Shown here: piece after piece, positions 20,028 through 29,960 of the stretch
Position numbering within the stretch: position 1 is the stretch's first letter
Layout: every line of letters begins with the position of its first letter
Source: Nitrospirota bacterium
GTDB lineage: Bacteria; Nitrospirota; UBA9217
NCBI GenBank assembly: GCA_035623825.1
Contig: DASPSR010000002.1
Coordinates: 1-45,957 of the forward strand
Length of the DNA: 45,957 bases
Direction of reading: 5' to 3'
Notes under the pieces: generated by a model
What the model saw: the letters and a program-made list of their open reading frames with translations, nothing else
What the model was told of the DNA's origin: nothing
The model's database searches: none
Position numbers and translations under genes: made by a program

Positions 20028-20068
20028 GCCATCACTGGCCGATGCATAAGACCGGTGATGGCTTTTTT
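20028..20068 (+). terminator. Intrinsic terminator
   Basis: GCCATCACTGG...CCGGTGATGGC followed by TTTTTT. Confidence 0.8.
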
Positions 20069-20360
20069 GTTTAGACCATTCAACGCTGTGGGAATATCTG
20101 AAGTGGTCCGGACAAAAAGGCATTCGGGTACATACCCCGAATGTGTATCCCATTATGTAACACGAAGGCTCGAGCCCCTCGAAGATCAACTGCCTTCTCG
20201 CGAATCCCCGGCGCTTTTTCTCATTCTCGTATTATCAAATACCCTTTACCACAAACGTATTCACCGCCCTGCTGCAATAACTAAGGGGAGGTCGCCAGAT
20301 GGAGGTCTCGGACTTATTTTTGTGATAAAATTATTTTTATGATCGGAATGCGAAAACGAC

Positions 20361-20822
20361 ATGACAACGTATAAACCGCTTCTTATCCTTTTGTTCCTCG
20401 TACCGCTGTTTAGCGCTTGCTCAAAGGAGACAGAGGAGAGCAAGGTGAAGAAGGTCGTAGCCGAAGTCCAGCACGCCGCCGAGGAGAAGAAGATCAGCAG
20501 GGCGCTGGACCACATCTCGAAAAGTTATGGAGACCCGCAGGGCAACGACTATAACGACATCAAGGGGATCCTGGCATTCTATTTCTTCCGGCACCAAAGG
20601 GTCTCAGTTTTCATTCCGAACGTAGATGTTGTAGTGACCGGATCAGCCGCGCAGGCAGTGTTCCAAGCCGTCATGAACGGGCGCGGCACGGGTGGCGGCA
20701 TTCTCCCCGAAGCGCTGGGCGTGTACAATTTCGAAGTGCATCTGTCCAAGGAGGACGGTACATGGAAGATCACGTCAGCGGGGTGGAAACCCGCAGGAGA
20801 GGTCATGGCCCCACCGCAGTAA
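20361..20822 (+). CDS. Lipoprotein, NTF2-like fold
   Basis: Lipobox FSAC; IS.SY.D..G and L.KEDG.WKI...W pattern of NTF2-like proteins. Confidence 0.7.
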   Translation: MTTYKPLLILLFLVPLFSACSKETEESKVKKVVAEVQHAAEEKKISRALDHISKSYGDPQGNDYNDIKGILAFYFFRHQRVSVFIPNVDVVVTGSAAQAVFQAVMNGRGTGGGILPEALGVYNFEVHLSKEDGTWKITSAGWKPAGEVMAPPQ

Positions 20823-21012
20823 GTATTTTGACGTGGTGGCCGAAGGTTGAGGTCTGAATTTGATGCAGGTGCTTTTCTTGGCGCCACATGATGCTCCAAG
20901 GAGGATTAGAGGATATCGCGTCATGCCAAGGGTTAACCCCGAATACCATCACCTGGCATGAATCCGACTCTCAGGATGCCGATCACAAGCCTCACAGATA
21001 TTCTCAAGACAA

Positions 21013-21282
21013 ATGAACAAACAGCGAAAAAGAATACTTGTGGCGTATATCGCTTTTTTATTCGTGATCCTGTTCTTTTCCTTTATTATAATCGGTTATG
21101 CTGTCTATCAGAAACACATCTCCAGCTTTGAGGACATCTTTTATACGGCAACCAATGAGGAGGAATCAATCTGGATCAGGCTGGCGATCGTTGCTCTCAT
21201 CAATCTCTTTGTGTTCAGCTCGATCATTTTTTTCGGCCTATTGATCTTCTTTAGGAAGAAGGAAAACCGTGACGAGCGCTGA
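21013..21282 (+). CDS. Small two-TM membrane protein
   Basis: Two hydrophobic helices with basic termini. Confidence 0.6.
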   Translation: MNKQRKRILVAYIAFLFVILFFSFIIIGYAVYQKHISSFEDIFYTATNEEESIWIRLAIVALINLFVFSSIIFFGLLIFFRKKENRDER

Positions 21283-21760
21283 TCCTGGTTCTGTCTGCTA
21301 ATCTGGATTTTTATAGATCATCTTTGACGTGCAGTGAGAATATCTACCTGTCCTTGCTGTATTTTCCAGCCTCAGCAGCGCTTCGGTTATCAGCAGGATC
21401 AAAAAGCGTAATACCCTTAAAATACCCTTTCGCAAACTTTGGCAAAGTTTCATATGGATGATCATATATATCGAGGTTTCGGCATGGCCAAACCTTTCCG
21501 ATGATGTTTATTCAAAATGACAGACAACGGAATCTACTGCAAATATATGACTCATATATGCGTGTGTAAATTTTACACTACCCTAAATATACCCATTTAA
21601 CATTCTTTACTTTGCAATATTTCCCTGTTAAGCTAATTTTAGCGGGTTACAAATGTACGACGATGGATAATTTCTTGAAATCCTCCTTGTCGATTTTGTT
21701 AATCCAAAAATGTTGTCGTTGAAAAGGCTGTTGTAATGCGGAAGTTCTAGAGAAGCACTT

Positions 21761-22516
21761 ATGAAGATCGAGACAAGATTGCTACATGGGAAGAAAAAAG
21801 CCCCCGAGAAAAAAGCTGATGACACATTTGAATTTATGAATCAGCATAGTCAATCTGAAGGGTTTTTTAATTCTTTTTGCAACGATCCACAGAACGATCG
21901 CTATTTCCGCGGTCAGTCACAGCTCTGTCCAGCATATACTGTGATATGCAGGCAGGATACCCCGGCGGATGCCGTCTACCTGCTCGAGAATGGGTTGGTC
22001 AAACTTGTCAGAATCACGTCGAGTGGCGACCAAGTGATCGTCGGCCTCAGGCACCGAAATTGGCTAATAGGAGCACCTTCAATATTTCTTGATAAAGAAT
22101 ATTCCTACACCGCAATCACTGTGCTTCCGACTTTTTTACGTAGCATTACAAAGAAGAATTTTTTAGAGCTTGTGGAAAATAACGTGCAGTTTTCTCTGCA
22201 TATCCACAGGCTGCTCAGTTCGAATATCTATAGTCAGATGAGACGAATAGAGGAAACGAGCTTCATGCCCGCGCAAGAACGTCTGGAGCTTTTGCTGTCC
22301 GAAATGATCCACAACCATGGATCCACTGTTTCCAAAACTCCTGATAAATTTGCCCTTCCGCTGACCAATCAGGAACTGGCGCAACTTCTTGCCATCTCTC
22401 CCGAACACCTCTGTCGTGTGCTCAAAGCGATGGAACAGGAGGGCCTGATAAAGCGTGACAGGGGTACAGTGATCGTGGCCAATCCCTCTCAATTCCCGCA
22501 GAAATCAGTGGACTAA
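21761..22516 (+). CDS. Crp/Fnr family transcriptional regulator
   Basis: cNMP-like domain (Q..PADAVYLL..GLVKL) and HTH LPLTNQELAQLLAISPEHLCRVLK. Confidence 0.9.
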   Translation: MKIETRLLHGKKKAPEKKADDTFEFMNQHSQSEGFFNSFCNDPQNDRYFRGQSQLCPAYTVICRQDTPADAVYLLENGLVKLVRITSSGDQVIVGLRHRNWLIGAPSIFLDKEYSYTAITVLPTFLRSITKKNFLELVENNVQFSLHIHRLLSSNIYSQMRRIEETSFMPAQERLELLLSEMIHNHGSTVSKTPDKFALPLTNQELAQLLAISPEHLCRVLKAMEQEGLIKRDRGTVIVANPSQFPQKSVD

Positions 22517-22595
22517 ACCAATTCGCGGAGCGATAAGCAAATCGACATCCGGTCATACGGTCAGGCCGATCATGCAATTTGTTGCAGTTTATCGA

Positions 22596-22630
22596 TTGAT
22601 ATATATCAACATATGATTGATATATATCAA
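22596..22630. promoter_or_regulatory. Two tandem perfect FNR-type boxes
   Basis: TTGAT-ATAT-ATCAA at 22596-22609 and 22617-22630, 21 bp period. Confidence 0.8.
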
Positions 22631-22961
22631 TGACAATTCGTCGGACGTGTGATAATTTTTTTTATACATTTCGGTATATAAAATGAAATGTGCCAGATAC
22701 CAAAGGATCCTCCAGAAGGCAACAGTTGGCGGCGGTGAAGAATCCGGTATCCAAGCACCCACTTCAACACAGAACCGCTGGTTCTAAGGATGAGGTTGCA
22801 TGAAAATGGAACAAGCGGCGCCATAACACCGACAGCTGTTGCCAGCTTTAATCAATAACGTATATTTTTAGTGCAAATCTGTAACCACATTACTCAACAT
22901 TCTAAAAATTTATCAGAAAAAAGAATACTCGATTCGTTTAAATCCACCTGAAGACATGATG

Positions 22962-23043
22962 CCCCGATAAAGCCAAACTCTTCGCGAGAAGGGGACGGAA
23001 AGCCGCGGGTCTTAGGAGACCAAGACAGCCGAGCTACCGAAGG
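22962..23043 (+). ncRNA. GEMM-I (c-di-GMP-I) riboswitch aptamer
   Basis: GCCAAA-CTCTTC-GCGA-GAAGGG-GACGGAAAGCC...GGGTCT...AGACAGCCGAGCTACCGA matches the GEMM-I architecture (P2 with GNRA tetraloop, GACGxAAAGCC junction, P3). Confidence 0.9.
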
Positions 23044-23072
23044 ATATACTTACGGTATGCCCGGCTTTTTTT
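23027..23072 (+). terminator. Riboswitch expression-platform terminator overlapping the aptamer 3' strand
   Basis: AGCCGAGCTACCG (23027-39) pairs with CGGTATGCCCGGCT (23053-66); T7 run at 23066-72. Confidence 0.8.
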
Positions 23073-23152
23073 GTTGATGCGTGAGTATCGCTGTCAATCG
23101 AGAAGGTCATGTAGTTGTGGAGAAACCAAAATGTTTTAAAGGAGGTCTTACC

Positions 23153-23554
23153 ATGACACAGGACGGTATGGTTCAGAAGTTGAAAACTGCGTTGGTGTTT
23201 TCGATCCTGGTAAATATTGTTTACGGCATCGGGTTCTTTATTACACCGTGGATATTAAGAGATATGGCTGGAGGGAATCCGGTGGAGTTAGGATGGATCC
23301 GCTGGTCCGGTGGCGTCCTGCTTGCGCTCGCTGTCGGGGGAATTCAGACGTATCAGAAACCGGCCGGCCAGAGGGCTATGGTAACCACTTTAACCCTTGC
23401 GGCGATACTTACCTCGATAGGCTTGCTGTATCCCCTGTTATTTGAGCCGTATTCAGTGCATGCGTGGTTTATCGCCATGCCGTGTGCCGTAACGTTCGCG
23501 CTGTTTGTTATCATGATGCGGGGGCAGAAGGCGGCGAAGGAGATTTTGAAATAG
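23153..23554 (+). CDS. Four-TM membrane protein downstream of the riboswitch
   Basis: ATG 23153 after AAGGAGG; four hydrophobic helices. Confidence 0.75.
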   Translation: MTQDGMVQKLKTALVFSILVNIVYGIGFFITPWILRDMAGGNPVELGWIRWSGGVLLALAVGGIQTYQKPAGQRAMVTTLTLAAILTSIGLLYPLLFEPYSVHAWFIAMPCAVTFALFVIMMRGQKAAKEILK

Positions 23555-23966
23555 AGAGAGGGATCTATAGGGCCAATGAAAGCGTTCATCGGGAAAGCGA
23601 AGACGTAGAGACTCGATCCTATCTTTTCCAATATTTCCTTCGTGGAAGCAGCGGGTCCGGGCAAAGAACTGGCTGGCGCCGGTGGCGATTTATTGTCATC
23701 CATATGATGCCGTCTCGAGCTGAATCGCCGCAGACCTGACACCGGTGCCGCCAGGACATGCATGCGTCATAACATTCCGAGCTCAACTATGCTGATCTTG
23801 AAGCTACGTCAATGGCGGCGTATTCGTGGAAGTCTTAGAATCCCGAACTATAACCATGGATTGCCTTTCCACTTAATAATTTGCTAGACTTGCCTTAGGT
23901 CAATTGCATATCGGCTTTTATCAATTCTCCAGGCTTCTTAAATAATGCACTGCGCCGTCTCATCAT

Positions 23967-25043
23967 ATGGCAATCTGTCATTGTATGGAGCGAACAATTA
24001 AGCTACCCTTTGATTTATCCCCTGATGATGCCCCAGGCCTCCAATATGTCCTCGTTGATAAAGATCATACGATTTATGAGCAAAGTTCGGGATCAGCCGA
24101 TATAGTAAACAGGACTCCATTGAGCCTTAAGCACACGATGGCTGCGTTCTCAATGACAAAGACGATAACTGCCATCGCCATCTTGCAGTTGACTCAGAAA
24201 CAAAAGCTGAATTTAGACGACAGGGCTTCTCAGTTCATAGAACATCCATACCATCAACAGATCAGCATTCGCCAGCTTTTAAATCACACGTCCGGGATCC
24301 CTAATCCAATTCCCTTAAAATGGGTTCATTTAGCGGAAGATCATAAAAACTTTAATGAACAAGCAGCATTGGCTCAGGTACTGGAATCCAATCACGAAAA
24401 TGTGACTGCACCGGGCGAAAAGTATGCTTACTCGAATATCGGCTACTGGCTGCTTGGGATGGTCATTGAGGCGGCGGCCCAACAGGACTACTCAGAATAT
24501 GTGAGAAAATGTATTTTTCAGCCGTTGAAGCTTGCACCGGGAGACATCGATTTTGCAGTAGCTGAAGACGCCACCCGTGCAAAAGGATATTTGGCAAAAT
24601 ATTCATTATTGAATGTCGCAAAATACTTTGTAATGGATAAGGCTGTGTGGGGGAAGTACGAAGGAAACTGGCTGCATGTAAAAGATGTATACGTCAATGG
24701 GCCTTCATTCGGCGGCGCCATTGGCTCTGCAAAAGCATTCAGCCGAATTCTTCAGGATTTATTGTCTGATCAATCGGTGTTGCTAAGCAGAGACACCAGG
24801 CACATTCTCTATGAACGGCAAAAAACGAATTTAGGGAAATACATCGAGATGACGCTGGCTTGGCATGTCGGAATTTTGGACGGAATTGAATACTTCTACA
24901 AAGAAGGTGGCGGCGCAGGATTTCACAGTGAAATGAGGGTTTATCCATCAAAAGGGTTGGCATCTGTAGTAATGACCAATAGAACCTCATTCAATTCAAG
25001 GAGTCACCTGAGTAATTTCGATAAAATGTTTTTCAACACCTAG
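23967..25043 (+). CDS. Serine hydrolase, beta-lactamase class C-like family
   Basis: SMTK (SxxK), LLNHTSG, PGEKYAYSN (YxN), KEGG.AGF. Confidence 0.9.
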   Translation: MAICHCMERTIKLPFDLSPDDAPGLQYVLVDKDHTIYEQSSGSADIVNRTPLSLKHTMAAFSMTKTITAIAILQLTQKQKLNLDDRASQFIEHPYHQQISIRQLLNHTSGIPNPIPLKWVHLAEDHKNFNEQAALAQVLESNHENVTAPGEKYAYSNIGYWLLGMVIEAAAQQDYSEYVRKCIFQPLKLAPGDIDFAVAEDATRAKGYLAKYSLLNVAKYFVMDKAVWGKYEGNWLHVKDVYVNGPSFGGAIGSAKAFSRILQDLLSDQSVLLSRDTRHILYERQKTNLGKYIEMTLAWHVGILDGIEYFYKEGGGAGFHSEMRVYPSKGLASVVMTNRTSFNSRSHLSNFDKMFFNT

Positions 25044-25257
25044 ATTGCGAAGTCCTTCCGGTCGTTACTGTTATTTGCCGATACTCCAGGGCGCGTGTTT
25101 CATTTCGAAACTGTCGGAAGGATTGAAATTCTTCATCTTTCCGCGACCATTATTTTCACCTTGTTTTTTCCTCTCAATTGTCTTATTTTTCAATTGTCAT
25201 CCTGCATTCTCTCGCAGCGTATGGTGGTTACTTTTACCTGAACGGGGGGCACATACC

Positions 25258-25758
25258 ATGAAACCTTCACTGAAAATAGCTGCGCTAATTGCAGGCGCTG
25301 CCGTAGTTGTGTTGATTCTGCATCTTATGAAGGAAACTTCCAAACCGGAAAGCAGCATCATTGAAGAAGAGAGAGCCAGGTTCTCTCGTTCGAAAGATAT
25401 TGGTCGCGCCGGACAAGATCTCCTCTATGCATCTAGCTTCGAGAACAGACTGCGATTTCTCGATTACCGTCTGGCGGTCGCGTATAATTCGGAAAATAGG
25501 CCGAATGATGCTATAACGATACTGGAGCGTATGATCAAGGAAGAGTCCGGGGAACATAACGGGATCCCTCCGCGATCCAGAAATTATACGGTGGCAGCGC
25601 AATACTATGAAGAACTGGCCCGGAGTTATGAGCTCAAGCAGGATCCGGATAATGCGAAAAAGGCAATGCAGAACCGTGAAAAAATGCTCGCCCTGGCCAC
25701 GGAATCAAGAATCAAAGAAAACCTCTCAGAAGGCAAAACGATCAACGAGAAGGATTAG
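25258..25758 (+). CDS. Membrane-anchored TPR-like hypothetical protein
   Basis: N-terminal TM; TPR-like YRLAVAY...AITILE and YEELARSYE...AKKA; the 25045 start gives an implausible extension. Confidence 0.6.
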   Translation: MKPSLKIAALIAGAAVVVLILHLMKETSKPESSIIEEERARFSRSKDIGRAGQDLLYASSFENRLRFLDYRLAVAYNSENRPNDAITILERMIKEESGEHNGIPPRSRNYTVAAQYYEELARSYELKQDPDNAKKAMQNREKMLALATESRIKENLSEGKTINEKD

Positions 25759-25981
25759 TAACGATCGCTCCCATCGGTTTCTGATATAACACAACAAAAT
25801 CGCGATATAATTCTTTTAAGGAAATATTTGCTAAAGCGCTTTATTTCCTCGAGTTTGCGCTAACGGGAGCCATTTAATTATCCGTAAAGAACCAGCCTGG
25901 TGGAAGAGGATTTCAAGCAAGACCATCCGTACAGCTTCAATCATTCTCACCTTCATCATAACCAATTTTCTATCGATATCG

Positions 25982-26010
25982 TTGACATACTCTTGAATCG
26001 GGGATACAAT
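25982..26010 (+). promoter_or_regulatory. sigma70 promoter
   Basis: TTGACA-17 bp-TACAAT. Confidence 0.65.
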
Positions 26011-26068
26011 CATGCGTTATCTGCTTAATATAATATCCTCGTTATTGTTTTGAGTACGTCAAAACTTT

Positions 26069-27322
26069 ATGTTGATGAAACCGGATAAGCCGTTCATCCA
26101 AACGCTGGAAGGCGAGGCACGCGGCTGGGTCGAAGAAGGCGTCATTACCCCCGAGCAGCGTGACGCAATCCTCAAGCGCTATCAGGGCGTAGAGGCCGCG
26201 GAAGAGGAAACGGGGCCGGGCAGGCTCATCTCTGTAATCTCCTTGCTCGGCTCAATCCTCGTAGGAGTCGGCGTCCTGCTCTTCATCGCGTCGAACTGGT
26301 CAAGTATACCGAACGCCGGCAAACTCGCGGTCATCTTCAGTTCGATGCTCACCTCGTACGGCGCGGGTTATTACCTCCGGCACGAACGGTCGAATTTTCC
26401 GCGCTTTGGCGCATCGCTCATTCTGCTAGGGTCGCTTATCTTCGGCGCAGGTATCTTCCTGATCGCCCAAATGTACCACATCGCGGTCCACTATCCGAAC
26501 GGCCCACTGCTGTGGGGATTGTTCGTGCTTCCGCTCGCGTATGTCCTCGGACTGAACACGCTCCTTTCCCTTGCTGTCATTGACCTGCTCATCTGGCTCG
26601 GCATGGAGTCGACCTTCAACCTGATGAACTATTTCTACTCGGGCTACTCATCGTTCATTGCCCTCTTTCTCCAGGCGGGCCTCGTTCTCTGGGCCCTCGG
26701 ACTTTTGCACCGCGGCATAAAGTCCCTTTCCCATCTTGCGGCCCCATATCTCAGTGTAGGGCTCTTCCTCACGTTGCTCTCCGGCTACGTCCTTACATTT
26801 GAGTTTTCTCAATGGCATTTCGGAGCTCAGGGCTTCCTGCCTTATTATGCAGGTTTCGCAGTGATCGTGATCATAAGCCTCTCGCTATATATCATAAAGG
26901 GCGACAAGGGTAAGCACTGGATAGCGGAAGCGACCTTCGTAGCAGCTCTTTTCATCATCGTACTGATTTCGAGTGTATCGAGCATGAAGGGGATCGACCC
27001 AATGACGGGCCGGATAACATACGATTACTCAACATACAAACAGGGAATCCACATGCCGCGACTAGCATTCAACCTGCTTTACGCGATCCAGGTGATCGGT
27101 GTGATCGTGCTGGGTTATCTCAAGCGGAACCGGGCGTATGTGAACCTCGGGCTGCTGTTCTTCGTGCTCGAAGTGCTTGGCCGGTATTTCGATATGTTCT
27201 ACAGCATGCTGCCCAGATCGCTCTTCTTCATCGGAGGCGGTCTTCTGCTCCTGGTGGGCGGGGCCCTCCTCGAGAAAAAGCGGCGTAAGGTGCTGGCGTC
27301 GTTCAACCTGGAGGAGGACTGA
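26069..27322 (+). CDS. DUF2157 membrane protein
   Basis: W.EEG.IT.EQ..AI..RY, G.LLFIASNW, I.LIAQMYH; adjacent to a GDYXXLXY gene. Confidence 0.88.
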   Translation: MLMKPDKPFIQTLEGEARGWVEEGVITPEQRDAILKRYQGVEAAEEETGPGRLISVISLLGSILVGVGVLLFIASNWSSIPNAGKLAVIFSSMLTSYGAGYYLRHERSNFPRFGASLILLGSLIFGAGIFLIAQMYHIAVHYPNGPLLWGLFVLPLAYVLGLNTLLSLAVIDLLIWLGMESTFNLMNYFYSGYSSFIALFLQAGLVLWALGLLHRGIKSLSHLAAPYLSVGLFLTLLSGYVLTFEFSQWHFGAQGFLPYYAGFAVIVIISLSLYIIKGDKGKHWIAEATFVAALFIIVLISSVSSMKGIDPMTGRITYDYSTYKQGIHMPRLAFNLLYAIQVIGVIVLGYLKRNRAYVNLGLLFFVLEVLGRYFDMFYSMLPRSLFFIGGGLLLLVGGALLEKKRRKVLASFNLEED

Positions 27323-28068
27323 TGCGGACCAAATTCATCATAATCGTCCTGCTTCAGGTCCTTTTGCTCTTCGGCATCATCGGTTACCGGGAGCACTGGC
27401 TCGCGACCGGTGACAAGGTAATCTTGAAGACCATGCCGGTCGATCCCCGCGACGTCTTCCGGGGAGATTACGTCAAGCTCACGTACGAGATAACGGATAT
27501 CACGCTTGCCAGCGATTCGCAGAAGCCGGAGTTCGTGCCGGGACAGCCTATCTTCGTGAGCCTCGAAACGGGAACGGACGGCGTGTCGTTCATTACCTCG
27601 GTCAGCAAGGAAACGCCTGCGGAAGGCAGGTTCATCCAGGGCAGGGTTCGGCACGAATACAACGATACGACGAGAACCGTGATCCTGCGTGACGACAGCG
27701 GCATCAAGAGGGAGCTTTCCTCCCGGACGTGGTTCATGGGAATTAAGAAAGGCGACGCGGTCACGGTCTGTCTTGATAATCAGAACAGTCCTTCATTTTT
27801 CTTCAAGGATGATGCTCCCTATAAGCAGTCATGCTACGGAAAACTGCAATCTGTTCACGGGATCGTTGAAGAGGTTACAGAGTATAGGGCAAAGAAGGTG
27901 AACGTGGAATACGGGATCGAGAGCTATTTCGTAGAAGAGGGAAAAGGCATCCAGATCGAACAGGGACATGCGGCCCGCGGCCCGCTTAAAGTCGAGGTTT
28001 CGCTCAGGAAAGACGGGAAAGGGATTATTTCAAGGTTGATGACGGACGAGGGGAGAGAGATGCGGTAA
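27322..28068 (+). CDS. GDYXXLXY domain protein
   Basis: PVDPRDVFRGDYVKLTY and YGIESYFVEEG; TGATG coupling to the upstream gene. Confidence 0.92.
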   Translation: MRTKFIIIVLLQVLLLFGIIGYREHWLATGDKVILKTMPVDPRDVFRGDYVKLTYEITDITLASDSQKPEFVPGQPIFVSLETGTDGVSFITSVSKETPAEGRFIQGRVRHEYNDTTRTVILRDDSGIKRELSSRTWFMGIKKGDAVTVCLDNQNSPSFFFKDDAPYKQSCYGKLQSVHGIVEEVTEYRAKKVNVEYGIESYFVEEGKGIQIEQGHAARGPLKVEVSLRKDGKGIISRLMTDEGREMR

Positions 28069-28346
28069 AAAGACTATTTTGGATTTTAGGAATTGACTCT
28101 TTGATTTTGATCACAGCGTCTTACCAGCGCGTTCTTTACACGTTTCAACCAGAAATTGATGACAGTTTACGCTACCGGGATCCTCACCCGGTAGGGGTCT
28201 TAAATGGCAATGCGAATGCTGGAGAATTGCAATCTCCTCCGGTAACCTTCGAAAAGACTTCCTTCCTGTAAGTCGCAGCAGTTGCAGCTCTTTTATGCTT
28301 CCTGTCGTAACATCTTCCCGCATCCCTGATGATGCATCCCATAGCG

Positions 28347-28375
28347 TTGACAAGAGGCAAAATCAGACATATATT
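28347..28375 (+). promoter_or_regulatory. sigma70 promoter
   Basis: TTGACA-17 bp-TATATT. Confidence 0.6.
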
Positions 28376-28427
28376 TGTGTCATAAAAAACTATAAAATTG
28401 ACTCATGATTAAATAGGAGGTGAGAGG

Positions 28428-28703
28428 ATGGCAAATTATTCTATTAAATGCGAAGCCGTAAAAATAAGTTCTGAATCCGGAATGTGCCCCGGCTCGGCTA
28501 AATGTCACAAGGGTGAAACGTACATTTTAACAGCGAGAACGCCAGAACCCACGGGTATGTGTGGGCGTGCTTTTGCGGCAATCCATCCGATGGCATTTGC
28601 TATGCGGTGGTCAGAAAAAATGGATTGGGAAAAGGTCGATTATGTGGACGTTATCTGTCCGGACGGATTTGTCACATATCGTCTTTCAAGAGTGAAACAG
28701 TAA
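28428..28703 (+). CDS. TIGR04076-like small Cys-containing protein
   Basis: G.CP...KGE.Y...P.GMC..AF.AI.P...V.CPDG.V.Y.L.R; RBS AGGAGG. Confidence 0.75.
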   Translation: MANYSIKCEAVKISSESGMCPGSAKCHKGETYILTARTPEPTGMCGRAFAAIHPMAFAMRWSEKMDWEKVDYVDVICPDGFVTYRLSRVKQ

Positions 28704-28821
28704 ATAGTTGATCACGAGGCGACTAGCGATATGTCTAAGCGTATTTATCTAGATTTCCAGCCTGATATGTTGTATTCGCTAACCCTTGCAAATCAATAGT
28801 AAATAGAAAGGAATCAAGAAC

Positions 28822-29268
28822 ATGGCCACTAACACCATCCGGCTTCACCGGGTATTTCGTGCAACGCCTGAGAAAATTTATAGAGCGTTTCTAGATGCCG
28901 ATGCAATGGTCAAATGGCTTCCTCCAAACGGATTCATCGGTAAGGTTCACCACTTGGATGCCAAGGTTGGCGGCACCCACAAGATGTCGTTTACGAATTT
29001 CACAACAGGACATAGCCACTCCTTCGGTGGAAGATATCTCGAGCTGGTTCCGCACGAGCGCATTCGCTACACTGACAAATTTGACGACCCGAGCTTGGCA
29101 GGGGAGCTTCAGGTTACGGTAACCTTCAAGAAGGTGTCTGTCGGGACTGAGTTGAACATCATTCAAGAAGGGGTGCCTGATGTAATCCCTCCTGAGGCTT
29201 GCTACCTCGGGTGGCAGGAATCACTTACTCTTCTGGCAAAGCTTGTAGAAGCAGAGATCCCAGACTAA
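28822..29268 (+). CDS. SRPBCC / AHSA1-like protein
   Basis: IRLHRV.RA.PE.IYRAFLD.DA..KWLPP, ELVP.ERIRYTD.F, CYLGWQESL. Confidence 0.9.
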   Translation: MATNTIRLHRVFRATPEKIYRAFLDADAMVKWLPPNGFIGKVHHLDAKVGGTHKMSFTNFTTGHSHSFGGRYLELVPHERIRYTDKFDDPSLAGELQVTVTFKKVSVGTELNIIQEGVPDVIPPEACYLGWQESLTLLAKLVEAEIPD

Positions 29269-29521
29269 CATCGTGAAGGATCGGAATCTGGCACAGCGAT
29301 GATAGATGGATGAAAGCAATGTCGCCAAATTCAGCCTATAACCGCCGCCTGCCTGGCAACTGGAAGGTGCGCTGAACTTGTTAAGTAGTTGCTTCACTGA
29401 TTATCGCTTTTCGTAATATCTTTGTAGCACATAAGTTTAAACGCCTTCTTGACTATGCAATATAGTGTGATAAAATTAAAGTAGTTACAGTAAGTTGCAT
29501 AAATTTGAGGGGGCGATTTTT

Positions 29522-29890
29522 ATGAAACAGCTTTTGCCGTTTTTAACGGCCATGGGGTTTGTGCTATCTGTCGGTTTGGCCTACGGGGAAGATATGCGGA
29601 GTATCGTCCAAGATGACGGGATTATGTATGCTGCCCTCTATAATAGCGTTACATTTGTCGGATCAGTCGACATGGGTATACAATGCTTCGGCGCTGCTGT
29701 AGGGGGCGTGGTTGCAGAACCAAGGGAGCTACGCAGCATCGTACAGGATGACGATTTGATGTATATTGCTTTTGATAATAGTGTGACGTTCGTTTCAGAT
29801 AGCCTTGGTCCAAAATGCTCTTGGGAGCGTGGACGGGGTGGGGAATCGGAGCTGCGTAATGCTGTTACTACCCCAGGAGGAAATAATTGA
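29522..29890 (+). CDS. Small secreted protein with internal duplication
   Basis: Signal peptide ending AYG; two copies of RSIVQDD..MY.A..NSVTFV...G..C. Confidence 0.7.
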   Translation: MKQLLPFLTAMGFVLSVGLAYGEDMRSIVQDDGIMYAALYNSVTFVGSVDMGIQCFGAAVGGVVAEPRELRSIVQDDDLMYIAFDNSVTFVSDSLGPKCSWERGRGGESELRNAVTTPGGNN

Positions 29891-29960
29891 AGAATACGAT
29901 GAATATACCGTATTTCTTCAAGACGTAGTAATTCCTCGTAATTCCACGCACCCATGAATT

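Noticed and set aside
23967-25043. True AmpC antibiotic-resistance gene
   Set aside because: No clear signal peptide, and the third motif is KEG rather than KTG; a generic esterase or peptidase is more likely
28172-28194. 8-bp hairpin CTACCGGG/CCCGGTAG as REP or IS end
   Set aside because: Single copy, no U-tract, no associated transposase
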